Assembly: GCF_001194135.2 (NCBI RefSeq)
Contig: NC_068982.1
Coordinates: 137,276,167-137,340,166, forward strand
DNA length: 64,000 bases
Source: Octopus bimaculoides
Taxonomy: Eukaryota
Direction of reading: 5' to 3'
Part shown: piece after piece, positions 63,581 to 64,000 of the stretch
Layout: every line of letters starts with the position of its first letter
Position numbering within the stretch: the first letter of the stretch is position 1
Position numbers and translations under genes: made by a program
The notes under the pieces: generated by a model
Told to the model about the DNA's origin: nothing
Database searches by the model: none
What the model saw: the letters and a program-made list of their open reading frames with translations, nothing else

Positions 63581-63668
63581 AAATAACAGTGACTCAAGAT
63601 CCAAGAGTTTTGTGCATTACTGTGCCAACGCATGAAACTCTTGGACCTTGAGTCACTCTGTCATATTT
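63581..63668 (+). ncRNA. Pre-miRNA-like hairpin (or collapsed MITE)
   Basis: 63588-63610 pairs with 63635-63657 with a single A.C mismatch; additional loop-proximal and basal pairing. Confidence 0.4.
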
Positions 63669-63710
63669 TGAGTTCTATTTTTCCAGTTTGCATCAAAATA
63701 CCTGCATATA

Positions 63711-63990
63711 TGTATGTATGCATGTGTGTATGTATGTATGCATGTGTGTATGTATGTATGTATGCGTGTATGTATGTATGCATGTGTGTATGTATGCATG
63801 TGTGTATGTATGTATGCATGTGTGTATGTATGTATGCATGCATGTGTGTATGTATGTATGCATGCATGTGTGTATGTATGTATGCATGTGTGTATGTATG
63901 TATGCATGCATGTGTGTATGTATGTATGCATGTGTGTATGTGTATGTATGCAGATATGTATGTGTATATATATATATATACATATACATA
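63711..63990 (+). repeat. (TATG)n(CATG)TG minisatellite rich in TGCATG
   Basis: About 13 TGCATG hexamers counted by eye. Confidence 0.9.
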
Positions 63991-64000
63991 TCTATGTATA

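Overview
AT-rich, microsatellite- and transposon-dense animal genomic scaffold with 8 N-gaps. The repeat landscape suggests an octopus or coleoid cephalopod (inference). The whole window lies inside one + strand gene, an endophilin-B (SH3GLB1/2 family) orthologue. Four core N-BAR coding exons are clear (5552-5685, 7926-8018, 34425-34514, 52491-52591). The N-terminal and SH3 exons were not found and presumably lie outside the window. The 26-kb intron at the BAR tip loop holds three frame-preserving micro/mini-exon candidates (21 or 3 nt, 42 nt, 18 nt) and an in-frame 66-nt cassette from an antisense SINE. The introns carry several tRNA-derived SINE families, a non-autonomous RTE-tailed family with internal ~60-bp subunits (one copy expanded into a minisatellite), decayed RTE and CR1-like LINE pieces, DD41D and mariner transposase relics and a Tc2-like MITE. 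They also hold several RNA-structure elements: a perfect 143-bp inverted repeat, two imperfect foldbacks, a pre-miRNA-like hairpin and three hammerhead-ribozyme-like motifs, one with an intact catalytic core. Repeat coordinates are approximate and were read by eye.
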